Origin: an uncultured Hormoscilla sp.
GTDB taxonomy: Bacteria; Cyanobacteriota; Cyanobacteriia; Cyanobacteriales; Desertifilaceae
NCBI GenBank assembly: GCA_963921275.4
Contig: OZ001293.3
Span: 2,560,001 to 2,624,000 of the forward strand
Length of the DNA: 64,000 nt
Direction of reading: 5' to 3'
Shown here: piece by piece, positions 1 through 11,604 of the stretch
Layout: each line of letters opens with the position of its first letter
How positions within the stretch are numbered: the stretch's first letter is position 1
Position numbers and translations under genes: made by a program
Notes under the pieces: generated by a model
What the model was told of the DNA's origin: nothing
Databases searched by the model: none
The model's input: the letters and a program-made list of their open reading frames with translations, nothing else

Positions 1-353
1 AGGACAAGCGGGTGGAAATAGGTCTGACATACATCTATGGAATAGGGCTGACGCGGTCTCAAGAAATTCTGGCAACAACGGGGGTCAATCCTGATACTCG
101 GGTCAAGGAGTTAAGTGACGCAGATGTAGCCGCACTGCGACAAGCGGTGGAAAGCAACTATCAGGTAGAAGGAGACCTGCGCCGTTGGGAAGCGATGAAC
201 ATCAAGCGGCTGATGGACATAGGCACATACCGTGGCAGGCGTCATCGGATGGGATTGCCAGTAAGAGGTCAGCGAACCAGAACTAACGCTCGCACAAGGC
301 GTGGATCTCGTCGCACGGTAGCAGGAAAGAAAAAGGCCAGCTCGAAGAAGTAA
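1..353 (+). CDS. rpsM: 30S ribosomal protein S13 (5' truncated by window edge)
   Basis: Motifs LTYIYGIG...[20 protein letters not shown]; upstream of rpsK. Confidence 0.98.
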   Translation, partial: DKRVEIGLTYIYGIGLTRSQEILATTGVNPDTRVKELSDADVAALRQAVESNYQVEGDLRRWEAMNIKRLMDIGTYRGRRHRMGLPVRGQRTRTNARTRRGSRRTVAGKKKASSKK

Positions 354-539
354 AGCAGGTCCAAGGGTAGGACGGGCGGGACAGTCAGATCCAAGCGCAG
401 GAATATCCTCGATAGCAGGTGATTCGGTCTGAGAAGAAAAATACTTATTTACAACTATAGACAGACTGCCAATAAAACCACCTAGGGTGAGCGTCGGGGA
501 AAACAAAAATCAATCATTGAGGCAAAAAAGCAGAAGATT

Positions 540-932
540 ATGGCGCGACAAACAAAGAAAACAGGAGCGAAAAAGCAGAAAAAGAATATCCCCAATGGGG
601 TAGGGCACATCCAGTCTACATTTAACAACACGATCATATCGATAACGGCTCCCAATGGAGAAGTGGTTTCCTGGGCATCAGCAGGGTCGAGTGGGTTTAA
701 GGGAGCCAAGAAAGGAACTCCGTTTGCAGCCCAAACAGCGGCGGAAAATGCGGCCCGCAGAGCAATGGACCAGGGAATGCGGCAGATAGAAGTGATGGTA
801 TCAGGACCAGGATCGGGTAGAGAAACAGCAATTAGAGCCTTACAAGGGGCGGGACTGGAAATAACGCTGATTCGGGATGTAACGCCAATCCCCCACAATG
901 GCTGTCGTCCGCCAAAGCGGCGTCGAGTCTAG
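540..932 (+). CDS. rpsK: 30S ribosomal protein S11
   Basis: Motifs [39 protein letters not shown]. Confidence 0.99.
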   Translation: MARQTKKTGAKKQKKNIPNGVGHIQSTFNNTIISITAPNGEVVSWASAGSSGFKGAKKGTPFAAQTAAENAARRAMDQGMRQIEVMVSGPGSGRETAIRALQGAGLEITLIRDVTPIPHNGCRPPKRRRV

Positions 933-1129
933 AAAAAAATGCTCAGAGGCAGGCGATGGGTTGTTGTTGGTGTGGGGAAAGTTAATCGGAAAATCGAGCC
1001 AGGGGGAGGGGAAAGAACAGTAGCAGCGATCGATAAACTAAATGGCAGGCGGGGACGCCGACCCTACGAGAGTTAGAACTGGCAAAGTAATGCTGACTTC
1101 AGAGAATTCAGGCGAAGGGAGGACGAGGG

Positions 1130-2074
1130 ATGACACAATTTCAGATAGAGTGTGTACAGTCGTATAGAGAAAAAGATCAAAGTCAGTACAGCAGATTTGT
1201 ATTAGAACCCCTAGAAAGAGGTCAAGGAACGACAGTTGGGAATGCTCTGAGACGAGTGTTGCTGTCAAATTTGTCAGGAGCAGCAGTGACAGCAGTCAGA
1301 ATCGCAGGGGTAAACCACGAGTTTGCGACAATTCCAGGTGTCCGAGAGGATGTGCTGGATATATTGCTAAATATGAAGGAAATATGGCTTTTCAGCCATT
1401 CAAGTCAGCCTCAGATTGGTCGTTTGCTGGCCACTGGGCCAGCAACGGTGAGGGCGGATAAGTTTGATATTCCGGCAGATGTGGAACTGGTTAACCCCAG
1501 TCAATACATTGCTAGTCTATCGCCAGGCTCGACTCTGGAAATGGAGTTTCGCATCGAAACAGGGAAGGGATATAGAACAGTAGAACGGGGTCGTGACGAA
1601 ACGACGGCTTTAGACTTCCTCCAGATTGATGCGATTTTTATGCCCGTGCGGAAGGTAAACTACATGGTGGAAAGCGCTAGAGTAGGGGGAAACCTGGAGA
1701 AAGACAGGTTAATAATGGAAATCACGACCAATGGGAGCATAAACCCGCAAGAGGCATTGTCTCAAGCGGCTAGTATCCTAGTGGAACTGTTCAATCCGCT
1801 CAAAGGTATCACATTTGAGCCTGTCAAAGATGAAGTATCAGATACGGGAGATCCAACTAGCAAGATGCCCATAGAAGAATTGCATCTGTCAGTGCGGGCA
1901 TATAATTGTCTGAAACGAGCACAGATTAACTCAGTATCAGACTTGCTGGACTATACTCAAGAGGATCTGCTGGAAATCAAAAACTTTGGTCAGAAATCAG
2001 CGGAAGAGGTGATAGAAGCTTTGCAGGTCCGATTGGGGATTACCCTGCCCCACGAAAAACAAACAAAAACATAG
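1130..2074 (+). CDS. rpoA: RNA polymerase alpha subunit
   Basis: Motifs EPLERGQGTTVGNALRRVLL and alpha-CTD LSVRAYNCLKRA. Confidence 0.99.
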   Translation: MTQFQIECVQSYREKDQSQYSRFVLEPLERGQGTTVGNALRRVLLSNLSGAAVTAVRIAGVNHEFATIPGVREDVLDILLNMKEIWLFSHSSQPQIGRLLATGPATVRADKFDIPADVELVNPSQYIASLSPGSTLEMEFRIETGKGYRTVERGRDETTALDFLQIDAIFMPVRKVNYMVESARVGGNLEKDRLIMEITTNGSINPQEALSQAASILVELFNPLKGITFEPVKDEVSDTGDPTSKMPIEELHLSVRAYNCLKRAQINSVSDLLDYTQEDLLEIKNFGQKSAEEVIEALQVRLGITLPHEKQTKT

Positions 2075-2075
2075 C

Positions 2076-2229
2076 GGCATTGCACATTTTGGGGATGATA
2101 GCAGCCAATTGTTAAAAATTGCTAATAGAAAAGAGTAAATACATCTATTGATGAAAAAAATGACTACCGAGATTAACAATTGAAAATTAGCAATTAGCAA
2201 CCCTTATAATCCCGTCGTTGTGCAACGCA
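2076..2229. mobile_element. 154-bp MITE with IS1-type ends
   Basis: Ends ggcattgcacattttggggatga / aatcccgtcgttgtgcaacgca resemble the TIRs of the IS1 at 12548-13409; flanked by 8-bp direct repeat aacatagc (2068-2075, 2230-2237). Confidence 0.85.
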
Positions 2230-2337
2230 AACATAGCAAAAAAGGGGGTTAGCGGTTAGTAATGTGTTGAGAAATGACAACTGACAATTGACAACTGACA
2301 ATTGACAAGCAAGAATTAGCAAGTAAGGTAAGAGATC

Positions 2338-2727
2338 ATGCGTCACCGTCTTCGTGTTCCTAAACTAGGAAAGCCAGCAGATCAGCGAAAAGCGCTGCTG
2401 CGATCGCTGACAACAGAACTGATTCGTAATGGTCGGATTACAACAACGAAAGCTCGTGCCAAGGCGGTGCGATCGGCAGCCGAAAAAATGATCGCCTTGG
2501 CAAAGGATGGCTCTTTAGCAGCTCGTAGGCAAGCATTGGGCTATATTTACCTGACGGGAAGTCAGGATAAAAATGAGCATATGCGGCAAAAGAAACAACT
2601 GGTTCATTCTCTGTTCGATCAGGCCCAAGCAAGATATGGCGATCGCCAAGGTGGATACACCCGCATTTTGCCAACGGTGCGGCGTCGGGGCGATAATGCA
2701 GAAATGGCGATTATCGAGCTAGTTTGA
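2338..2727 (+). CDS. rplQ: 50S ribosomal protein L17 (with ~13-aa internal insertion)
   Basis: MRHR...[13 protein letters not shown]...GGYTRI...[14 protein letters not shown]. Confidence 0.98.
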   Translation: MRHRLRVPKLGKPADQRKALLRSLTTELIRNGRITTTKARAKAVRSAAEKMIALAKDGSLAARRQALGYIYLTGSQDKNEHMRQKKQLVHSLFDQAQARYGDRQGGYTRILPTVRRRGDNAEMAIIELV

Positions 2728-2763
2728 AGCAATTGCCGGGTAGTTAATTGTCAAGTCCGCAAT

Positions 2764-3636
2764 ATGGACAACGGACAAAAGACGACAGACAGACAGCGAG
2801 TTGCCCTGGTCATCCAATACCTGGGCACTCATTTTCATGGCTGGCAGCGGCAGGGTCGTGGCGAACGGACAGTGCAGTCGGAAATAGAAACAGCCATCGA
2901 GACAATTCTGAAGCGACGAGTACCAGTAATAGCTTCAGGTAGAACTGATGCGGGAGTTCACGCTGCTGGGCAAGTAGCACATTTTGAAGCTACGGGGAAG
3001 ATACCAGCCAGTCGGTGGGCGACGGTGCTGAATTCGCGGCTGCCGAAAGATATTTTGATTCTGACTTCAGTAGCAGTACCGGAAAATTGGCACGCTCGCT
3101 TTTCAGCTAGCTTGCGCCGCTATCGCTATACTATTTATACAGACCCTCAACCAAACTTGTTTGTCCGCTCCTTGGCGTGGCATTATTATTATCAGCCTCT
3201 GGATGCATCATTAATTCAGGATGCCCTGAGTCCATTGATAGGTAAGCATCACCTAGCTGCCTTTCGCAGAGCGGGCTCGCAACGCAAACATTCCTGGGTA
3301 GAAGTCCAAGCGGCTTCCTGCGGACGGTCCGGACCCTTCATTTATATAGAAGTGCAAGCTAACGGGTTCCTATATGGTATGATGCGGTTGCTGGTGGGGT
3401 TACTGGTCTCGGTCGGGGACAAAGGGCGATCGCTTGAGGAGTTCGCGCACATCTGGAAAGCAGAACGCCGAGATTTAGTCAAGTACGCCGCCCCACCTCA
3501 GGGTCTATGCCTGCTGCGGGTAGGCTACCCAGACTCCCCCTTTCGGTCAGAAGTGTGGAATAATAGCCAACCAAAGTTTGTTATATCTCCAGATTATCTT
3601 ACTTTTAACAAAGAACAACTAACAACTGACAACTAA
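2764..3636 (+). CDS. truA: tRNA pseudouridine(38-40) synthase
   Basis: Motifs YLGTHFHGWQRQ, SGRTDAGVHAAGQVAHF, FLYGMMR; conserved position after rplQ. Confidence 0.97.
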   Translation: MDNGQKTTDRQRVALVIQYLGTHFHGWQRQGRGERTVQSEIETAIETILKRRVPVIASGRTDAGVHAAGQVAHFEATGKIPASRWATVLNSRLPKDILILTSVAVPENWHARFSASLRRYRYTIYTDPQPNLFVRSLAWHYYYQPLDASLIQDALSPLIGKHHLAAFRRAGSQRKHSWVEVQAASCGRSGPFIYIEVQANGFLYGMMRLLVGLLVSVGDKGRSLEEFAHIWKAERRDLVKYAAPPQGLCLLRVGYPDSPFRSEVWNNSQPKFVISPDYLTFNKEQLTTDN

Positions 3637-3645
3637 CAACTGACA

Positions 3646-4101
3646 ATGAACAAAACTTATCTTCCAGCCCAAGACTCTCTAGAGCGTAACTGGTATGTTG
3701 TTGATGCTGCTGGTGAACGGTTAGGTCGCCTTGCCAGTGAAATTGCTAGAGTGCTGCGGGGCAAAAATAAACCGACTTTCACTCCTCACATGGATGTAGG
3801 CGACTTTGTGATCGTGGTGAACGCTGAAAAAGTGGAAGTTACTGGCAAAAAACGCAGCCAAAAACTATATAGACGCCATTCGTGCCGTCCAGGGGGCATG
3901 AAAACGGAAACCTTTGCGAAACTGCAATCAAGAATACCAGAAAGAATTGTCGAGCAGGCTGTGCGGGGGATGTTGCCGAAAAATTCCCTCGGGCGCAAAC
4001 TATTCACTAAGCTGAAAGTTTACAGCGGACCGGACCATCCCCATCAAGCTCAAAAACCCCAGGTACTAGAAATTACCACAATTCCAGGAGAACAGAAATA
4101 A
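3646..4101 (+). CDS. rplM: 50S ribosomal protein L13
   Basis: WYVVDA...LGRLAS...[24 protein letters not shown]. Confidence 0.99.
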   Translation: MNKTYLPAQDSLERNWYVVDAAGERLGRLASEIARVLRGKNKPTFTPHMDVGDFVIVVNAEKVEVTGKKRSQKLYRRHSCRPGGMKTETFAKLQSRIPERIVEQAVRGMLPKNSLGRKLFTKLKVYSGPDHPHQAQKPQVLEITTIPGEQK

Positions 4102-4517
4102 TGCAAGCAACAGAAAAAGAACAGGGTCGCGCCATGTATTGCGGCACAGGCCGCCGCAAGTCATCAGTGGCCAGAGTGCGTCTGGTGCCCGGCAGCGGTC
4201 AACTGACTATTAATGGCAAACCGGGAGACGAGTACCTCCAGTTTAATGCTAGCTACCTGGGAACGACAAAAGCTCCCTTAGAAACCCTAGGCTTAGAAAA
4301 TGAGTATGATATAATCGTTAAGGTCGTAGGCGGTGGCTTGACCGGACAGTCTGACTCGATTCGCCTAGGAATAGCTAGAACCCTCTGCGATCTGGATCCA
4401 GAGAACCGCAAACCTTTGAAAATTGAAGGCTACTTAACCCGCGACCCCCGTGCTAAAGAGCGCAAAAAGTACGGTTTGCGTAAAGCCCGGAAAGCCCCTC
4501 AATACTCCAAGCGCTGA
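4101..4517 (+). CDS. rpsI: 30S ribosomal protein S9
   Basis: [12 protein letters not shown]...[19 protein letters not shown]. Confidence 0.99.
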   Translation: MQATEKEQGRAMYCGTGRRKSSVARVRLVPGSGQLTINGKPGDEYLQFNASYLGTTKAPLETLGLENEYDIIVKVVGGGLTGQSDSIRLGIARTLCDLDPENRKPLKIEGYLTRDPRAKERKKYGLRKARKAPQYSKR

Positions 4518-4625
4518 GGAAACTGGTATCAGACTACTCTTAAGAGTGCTGTGAGTTGGGAAGAGGTTGGCTCTTGCAGATACCAATCATTCCCAGGCAG
4601 ATTACAGCAAAAGCGGCAATAAATA

Positions 4626-4790
4626 TATATAACTCAAGTTGCTACCTATAAAAAATTCTACCTCTCAAACAGCCATTTTTGGTAAATATATCCGCAAAAA
4701 TGCCATTTGGGGGTAAATTATAAGGCGATTTTCGCCGATTTTGGCTAATTTTGGTGTTAAGTTTCTATAGGTAGCAACTTAGGTTATATA
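4626..4790. mobile_element. ~165-bp MITE-like element
   Basis: Terminal inverted repeats tatataactcaagttgctacctata / tataggtagcaacttaggttatata around an AT-rich non-coding core; a related solo end lies at ~8720-8740. Confidence 0.7.
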
Positions 4791-4863
4791 GCAATAAAAG
4801 ATATAATACACGAAACGATCGAATAAAGTTAAAATAGACTAAGCAAGTGAAAAGGAGAAAATA

Positions 4864-5112
4864 ATGTCAAAAAAAGACATTCATCCCCAGTGGTATCCAG
4901 AAGCGAAGGTTTATTGCAACGGGGAATATGTAATGACTGTGGGTTCGACTAAACCAGAACTGCATGTGGATGTATGGTCAGGCAATCATCCATTTTACAC
5001 GGGCACCCAGAAGATAATTGACACGGAAGGACGAGTTGAGCGCTTCCTACGGAAATATGGCATGATGTCACAAGGGGAGACGACAGCAGCAGCCTCAAAG
5101 GATAAGAAGTAG
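4864..5112 (+). CDS. rpmE: 50S ribosomal protein L31
   Basis: KKDIHPQWY...DVWSGNHPFYTG...EGRVERF. Confidence 0.98.
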   Translation: MSKKDIHPQWYPEAKVYCNGEYVMTVGSTKPELHVDVWSGNHPFYTGTQKIIDTEGRVERFLRKYGMMSQGETTAAASKDKK

Positions 5113-5232
5113 CGGCGATCGCACACCAGAAGGTTGTCAGTGGCCCGGGAGGGCGGAAAAAATCGGAAAACTGACCGCCGGTACCAAGGCATAAAATCGC
5201 ACATTGCTACAAGAGGGATTGAGGACAGTCCA

Positions 5233-6330
5233 ATGACTGAAACTTATCTGCTGTCAAAGCTAAAATCGGTTGAAGAAACTTTTAATGAATTGACGAAACG
5301 TCTGGCAGACCCGGATATCGCCACAGATCCAACAGAGGTGCAGCGGGTGGCAAAAGCCCGATCGTCCCTAGAGGAGGTGGTGAATACTTTCGATCTGTGG
5401 AAAGGGACAACTACAGAGTTGGAGGGAGCCAAAGAGGTACTCAAAGAAGCTAACGGCGACTCGGAAATGGAGTCAATGGCAGATGGAGAGGTGAAAGAAC
5501 TGGAAACAAAGCTCTCAGACCTGGAGCATCGCTTGAAGATTTTGCTCTTACCCCAGGATCCTCTAGATAAGAAAAACATCATGCTGGAAATTAGAGCAGG
5601 TACGGGCGGTGATGAAGCTAGTATCTGGGCAGGAGATTTGGTGCGGATGTACTCCCGCTATGCGGAAAGCCAAAAGTGGCAAGTGCAGCTATTGAGCGAG
5701 TCGCCAGCAGAAATGGGGGGCTTTAAGGAGGCAATTCTAGAAATCCAAGGCGATCGGGTATACAGTAAACTGAAGTTTGAAGCAGGAGTCCACCGAGTTC
5801 AGCGAGTGCCAGTGACGGAAGCGGGGGGAAGGGTTCACACTTCCACGGCAACGGTAGCGGTGATGCCAGAGGTGGATGATGTAGAAGTCGAAATTGACCA
5901 GAAGGATTTGGAAATATCGACAGCTCGCTCCGGTGGCGCAGGGGGACAAAATGTCAATAAGGTGGAAACGGCAGTTGACCTGTTTCATAAACCGACGGGG
6001 ATCCGGATTTTTTGTACAGAAGAACGCTCGCAGCTGCAAAACCGGGAGCGGGCTATGCAAATATTGCGGGCAAAGCTCTATGATATGAAGCTGCGAGAAC
6101 AGCAGGAAGCGGTTACGGATATGCGGCGATCGCAAGTAGGAACTGGTGCAAGATCGGAAAAAATCCGCACCTACAACTACAAAGATAACCGAGTGACGGA
6201 CCATCGCCTTTCTCAGAATTTCGTGCTCGCGCCGATGCTAGAAGGAAACCTGGAAAGCACAATTCAAGCATGCATTGCCCAAGATCAGCAGGAACGGCTA
6301 GTAGAACTGGCAACTCAAGGCTCTCCTTAG
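5233..6330 (+). CDS. prfA: peptide chain release factor 1
   Basis: GGQ motif ([10 protein letters not shown]) and RF1 PVT tripeptide (QRVPVTE); ATG at 5233 follows GAGG. Confidence 0.98.
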   Translation: MTETYLLSKLKSVEETFNELTKRLADPDIATDPTEVQRVAKARSSLEEVVNTFDLWKGTTTELEGAKEVLKEANGDSEMESMADGEVKELETKLSDLEHRLKILLLPQDPLDKKNIMLEIRAGTGGDEASIWAGDLVRMYSRYAESQKWQVQLLSESPAEMGGFKEAILEIQGDRVYSKLKFEAGVHRVQRVPVTEAGGRVHTSTATVAVMPEVDDVEVEIDQKDLEISTARSGGAGGQNVNKVETAVDLFHKPTGIRIFCTEERSQLQNRERAMQILRAKLYDMKLREQQEAVTDMRRSQVGTGARSEKIRTYNYKDNRVTDHRLSQNFVLAPMLEGNLESTIQACIAQDQQERLVELATQGSP

Positions 6331-6641
6331 AGACAAAGAGGGTAGTGGTTTGGCAAAATACCAAGAGAGGGGAATCGGACTGCCTGCCTTGATCGCTGGC
6401 AATTCCCCAGTCAGATCGCCCAGATGTCGGCCAGGTCACAAGCTTACCAGCAGGCGTGGGAGACCTGGGCAGGGAAAAATTTTATGGTGTTGCACTTCGG
6501 ACGGGATGATAGACATAGTTGCAAGAGTTTAAAACCTAGACTACAAGCGACTTTCAGTAGCGTAGCCTGTGTAAAAAGAGTATCATCCCCAAAATGTGCA
6601 ACGCCAAATTTATATAGTTCCTCAGCGAATGGTGCCCCGTT

Positions 6642-7496
6642 ATGCCACAACCTAACCCACAATCGATCGCGCAGCTCCTGAACCAGTCCCTGGAACCCCT
6701 AGGCATTACTGCGAAAGCGGTGATTAAGCAAGATTGCTTACACATATTGCTGGAGTCAGATGAGGTCCCAGAGAAACAAGAGCTCGTGGGATTAGTCTCG
6801 GAAGAAATTTTCAGCCAGTCCATTGAAGGCATTCCCAAAATGTTGGTTTATGGACGGAGGGAGGGAATTAAGCAACCAGACTGGAGTGAGGAAGTAGACC
6901 TGTTAGCTGCTCCGCCTCCTGATGAGGAGGAATTTCCTGAGGAAGAGGAAAAAGAAGATGATGAAGGACCGTTGGATGATTATGATGAACCAACGGACAT
7001 GGAAGAGGAGTTGAGCGAAGATGACTCCCCAGGAGAAGAGTCCAAACCCAAGAGTGTCGACAAAATCAAAAAACTGCTTCCCATTGCTGCTATCATATTG
7101 GTGGTGTCGCTGCTGGGATCTGGGGTGTGGTGGTTCTTGAATCGAAATCTGGCACCGCAACAACCCCAGGTAAAGGAACCGGCACCTAAGCCATCGACAG
7201 TACCGGCGCAGCAGCTTCCTCAACCAGCAAATCAGACTTCCCCAGGGACTGGGGGGGTGGATCCGGCTCAAGGCTGGAGGTTGGCAATTAATAAAGCTAC
7301 TTCAGCAGCAGAGTTAACCCAAACGGCTCAAACAAAGGCTGATTGGGAAACGGTTGCTAGTCAGTGGACTGAGGCGATCAAACTGCTGAAAATTGTCCCG
7401 TCGGACCATCCAGAATATAACAGAGCGCAACAAAAAATAGTGGAGTATCAGAGAAATCTGGAATACGCTCAAAGGGTAGCTAATTCTCGCCCATAA
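6642..7496 (+). CDS. hypothetical single-pass membrane protein (acidic linker, TM helix, helical C-terminal domain)
   Basis: 284-aa ORF with D/E-rich stretch, hydrophobic LLPIAAIILVVSLLGSGVWWF and WETVASQWTEAI...AQQKIVEYQRN C-terminus. Confidence 0.8.
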   Translation: MPQPNPQSIAQLLNQSLEPLGITAKAVIKQDCLHILLESDEVPEKQELVGLVSEEIFSQSIEGIPKMLVYGRREGIKQPDWSEEVDLLAAPPPDEEEFPEEEEKEDDEGPLDDYDEPTDMEEELSEDDSPGEESKPKSVDKIKKLLPIAAIILVVSLLGSGVWWFLNRNLAPQQPQVKEPAPKPSTVPAQQLPQPANQTSPGTGGVDPAQGWRLAINKATSAAELTQTAQTKADWETVASQWTEAIKLLKIVPSDHPEYNRAQQKIVEYQRNLEYAQRVANSRP

Positions 7497-7665
7497 GTAT
7501 AAGTATATAGTTTCTCGGCAGGAAATTGTCAAGGGAAAACATCTGATCGCCCGTGGAGTCCCGATAGCCAACTGGGAGGCTGTGGGCTGATTTTATGATT
7601 TTTTAAGGCCATACTCTGATGCCCAGTCTAGAATGGAGATGCATCGGAGTTAGGCTGGAGCAAAT

Positions 7666-8724
7666 ATGATGGAAACTATTATCGGGACGGCTTTAGTTCT
7701 ATTCATCTGTCTGGGAGTTTCGGGGCTGAAAATAGATCGGGAATATCAGCGGGGGGTGATTTTTCGCCTCGGGAGGATGAAAAGTGTCAGGGGTCCGGGG
7801 ATGTATTGGATTATTCCCGTGCTCGACCAAAAAAAAAAAGTGGATATTCGCACCAAAACTGTAGATATCCAGCCACAAGAAACGATTACTGCTGATAGCG
7901 TTACGATCAAGGTAAATGCTGTCCTATACTATCGCTTAATTGACCCGGACAAAGCCATCAATAAGGTAGAAAACTACGAGAGGGCCGTATATCAAACGGC
8001 CCTGACTACTTTACGCAACGTGGTTGGTCAAAATATCCTGGATGACGTGCTGCAAAACCGCGATAAAATTAACAATACAATCCAAGAAATTGTCGATGAA
8101 GTTACGGGACCTTGGGGGGTGGTGATCGAACGGGTGGAAATGAAAGATGTGGAAATTCCTCCCAGTATGCAACGGGCGATGGCCAAAGAAGCGGAAGCGG
8201 TCCGGGAAAAACGCGCTCGCTTGATTAAAGCAGCAGCGGAACAGGAAGCTTCGATTAAATTAGCTGAAGCTTCTCAGAAGATTGTAGAAAACCCAGCGGC
8301 ATTAGAACTGCGACGCTTGCAAATGCTGACGGAAATTGGGGCGGAAAATAATACTACTACGGTGCTGATGATGCCTTCGGATTTTCTCATGATGGCAAAA
8401 AACTTATCAGATGCTGCGCAAGCACCGGATAAGTCACAAACTCAACCAGCAGAAAAGCAAGAAACGGTGATTTCAGAAACGGGATCCCCCCGATCGCTGC
8501 AAGAGTCGTCAAGTATAATGTTAAAACCTTTGCGAAAAAAGAACTCAAAAAGAAAAGAATCTTCTTGTTTTGAATATATACAAAAAGTAACAATAAAACA
8601 AGTTGAAACCTGTTTTAGTCGAATCACCAATTTGTTTCCCAAGTCAATTCATGCTGTTACATCTAAGGGATTAGAGTTGAAAATAATTCTCTTTATCATA
8701 GCTTTTTGTATCCAATTTTTATAG
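7666..8724 (+). CDS. SPFH/stomatin (slipin) family protein; last ~70 aa probably read-through into foreign sequence
   Basis: EYQRGVIFRLGR...QRAMAKEAEAVREKRA...ALELRRLQML; composition changes after ~8510 and a MITE-like end follows the stop. Confidence 0.88.
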   Translation: MMETIIGTALVLFICLGVSGLKIDREYQRGVIFRLGRMKSVRGPGMYWIIPVLDQKKKVDIRTKTVDIQPQETITADSVTIKVNAVLYYRLIDPDKAINKVENYERAVYQTALTTLRNVVGQNILDDVLQNRDKINNTIQEIVDEVTGPWGVVIERVEMKDVEIPPSMQRAMAKEAEAVREKRARLIKAAAEQEASIKLAEASQKIVENPAALELRRLQMLTEIGAENNTTTVLMMPSDFLMMAKNLSDAAQAPDKSQTQPAEKQETVISETGSPRSLQESSSIMLKPLRKKNSKRKESSCFEYIQKVTIKQVETCFSRITNLFPKSIHAVTSKGLELKIILFIIAFCIQFL

Positions 8725-9200
8725 GTCGCAACTTGAGTTAGAAAAATATGAAGATAAACACTATCCAATGGGCAACTCTAGCCCACTCTCAATGCTTCTC
8801 CATCTTCTGGAAGCTAGGGGTTTGGCAGGTGTTAATTGATGTTTTAGGTGATCAGTCCGTGACTGAAGAAATTATTAACGGCAAAACGGAAATTAGTAAA
8901 TAGAACGCTCATGCTTTAGGGAAATTTTTCCATGTGGAGCCAGACTTTTTTCTGCCAACTCCATAAATAGGTGGCTCCCCCTGGGGTAGGCACTTGCGCA
9001 CTGGTGACCTACGATATGATGGAATGCGCGATCGCAGGGACAGGTAGAAATTTACTGTTGTCCAATTCTGCGGAATTGTCGTTGATGTGTTACCGGGTTT
9101 GCGGTTGAATTTACGTCGGATATGGGGATTTGCCCTATAAATATACCGAAAGTAGATTGCGTTTTTGAGGGCGAACAGACTACATTTGAGGATAATCGTT

Positions 9201-9575
9201 ATGGCGACTGAAACCTGGATAGTTTACAAAACGGAGAGTATGAGCGCGAGCGGGTGGTCAGAGCGCATGTTGATGCCCGAGGAAAGTCTGACTAACATTC
9301 TAGAAGAAAACTGGAGTTCTGAGCAAACGCTGACCATTCCTCAATCGGGCGATCGCACCCGCGCTTACAAATATTCTGACATGGACGAGAACATTACCCA
9401 TGCTAGAGAAGGAGATTGGGTGGTCACGAGAGTCGAAAGATTCGCTAGCTTTGACACGGACAATTGCATCGTGGTATGTTATTGTAAGTATGACCTGATC
9501 GAGCCTGAATGGAGAGAAGTTCGTCGCGGTCCTAGTGTCAATGAATTATTGCAGAGGTCGCCAATTGCTTTTTGA
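9201..9575 (+). CDS. hypothetical protein
   Basis: ATG at 9201 preceded by GAGGA; 124-aa open frame. Confidence 0.65.
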   Translation: MATETWIVYKTESMSASGWSERMLMPEESLTNILEENWSSEQTLTIPQSGDRTRAYKYSDMDENITHAREGDWVVTRVERFASFDTDNCIVVCYCKYDLIEPEWREVRRGPSVNELLQRSPIAF

Positions 9576-9645
9576 CGGCAAAAAATATATCTCCTCCATC
9601 CGATAGGACCGATCGCATTTGTATATGATGCGATCGGTCCGCAAT

Positions 9646-10119
9646 TTACTCCAGTGCCGTAGTTAGAGCGTATTGGTAAAGTCGCAGACTGATGCGCATT
9701 CCCCGTACAATCAACTCATCAAGTATATCTTTGACATTAGGAATTAATCCTTGCTGTTTTGCCAGTAGCAGCGTTCCCACCATACCGATGACAGATAAGT
9801 TTCTCAATTTCGCCACCCGCCGTCCTGCACGTTCATCCATTAACAGATGATCTGCCCCTAACTCTTCAGCTAAGATAATCGCTCTTACTTCACCCAAGTC
9901 AAGACCTGTATCAGCTTGGAGCTGATTTATTTTTTCCTCATCACTGACAGAGTATACAGAAATCCAGGTTGCCGATCTAACTGCTGTAGCTGCCGTATTC
10001 CTCTTGTTAACTCATCATATACTTCTTGGGGAATAATGACCGATCCAAATACATCCCCTAACAAATTCATCTGTCCAACTTTTGCCAGTTCGCTCAGTCG
10101 TATTAGAAACAACAATCAC
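9646..10119 (-). pseudogene. DUF3368-type PIN-like toxin, frameshifted
   Basis: Fragments MIVVSN, IIPQEVYDEL and LDLGEVRAIILAEE...LLMDERAGR lie in different frames. Confidence 0.75.
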
Positions 10120-10392
10120 TGCTTGTCTTGCTCCAGCTTGCGAGCAGCAAGGGCCACCTCTGCCTGGAATTCTTCCAATGTCATGCTATCATCAAAGGGT
10201 GAAATGTCATACTTGCTCATTAAGTCCAACACCTGTAAGCGGGAAATCGAGAGCAATCTTGCTGCTCGTCCGCTACTGATATCCCCTTGTTCTAACAGCG
10301 ACATAATTAAGGCTTCTTTGGCTTTGCGATATGCCTCTAACCGATGCGCTTCTAGTATGCCTGTCACGGGAATGAGCTCATTCAACTTGCAT
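10116..10392 (-). pseudogene. UPF0175-type antitoxin, 5' end apparently frameshifted
   Basis: ISSGRAARLLSISRLQVLDLMSKYDI motif; its stop overlaps the toxin start; the ATG at 10392 runs into TGA. Confidence 0.65.
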
Positions 10393-11604
10393 CGGTGATT
10401 CTTTCCTTTCCATAGTTTTCGGTCTCCTCTCTGATATGGTAGCTCATATCCTTTCGGGTAGGGGCTCAGGGTCGCGCCTATCGATCGCATTTGGATATGA
10501 TGCCGTGCCGTGCCCGCCCCGGATGGACTTTTTTGATATGATGCCAAAGATCGATCGTCCCTTCCCCCGACAGGATATTCCCTCACCCATGGCATCAGGG
10601 CACCGGTCATAGAAGGAGGCGATCGCCCTTCGGTAGGGGCACTGTGTAAGCACATGGTCGCCCCTGTCGGTAAGATCGAAAGGCGATCGCATGGCATTAC
10701 GCGATCGGGAACGGGGCGCAAGCAAGGATAATGTAGGAGCAGGGCATCCATAACATTTGGATATGAAGCGAAATATTTATCATGTGGTCCCTGAGCGCAG
10801 TCGAAGGGCCGTGCCCGCCCCGAATGGACTTTTTTGAATCCAACTTTCCAATGCCCGATCGTCCGCACCCACCCTTGCGCCCGGCCCCACCAGTAAACTG
10901 GGGGATGAACGGACGCTCTCCAAACCCATCCGGGCAGTTCGACTGCGCTCACCGCAAGCCGAGGGCAATAAGATATCTTGGCGGCAGAAGTGCATAAATC
11001 CCTTTGGCAAGCTCGAATACATGGTAACAGCGAATTCCCCCAAACTACGGTACTCAGATATGGACAAACAACGCTTTGATGCCTATTACAATCTAATTGA
11101 CGCCCTGCTCGAATGCCCAGAGGGGCAGGAAAACGAGATATTGCAAGCACGCCCAGACTTAGTGGATCGGGAGTTGGTGCAGGTGATGGAGCAGGTAGCG
11201 GCACCCATGCCTGCCCGGAGGAGGGAGATGGCAATGCTCGTTGGTTGCGGAGATTGGCCGCACGCCTAGCAGTGGAGACTTCCTCGGCGTCAGCTACCTG
11301 GGAAGACTATTGGAATTTCTTGATAGAGGTGTTGGAGGTGGTTGCAGAAAACGATGCGCCAGAAGCGGTGTATCCCCTGCTGAAACAAAACCTGGACAAA
11401 CTGGATACTAACTTGTGGCGGGTATTGCAAGACTTCGGAGAATGGCTGCAACAGAGGGAACCGGAAAGAGCACGAAGCATAGCAGCTGATATTGGTAATT
11501 TCAGTATCCAGATGTGGGAGTTTCCCCTGGGCGATCAGGCGATAAATCTAGAGATTGCCATAGCTGGTTATGAAATTTGCCTGACTGTTTTTCCTCCAGA
11601 AGAA

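Noticed and set aside
932..1130. Missing rpsD between rpsK and rpoA
   Set aside because: This is the normal cyanobacterial arrangement.
10116..11234. 372-aa minus-strand ORF
   Set aside because: Only the last ~85 aa resemble an antitoxin; the rest runs through REP-like repeats and antisense TPR sequence.
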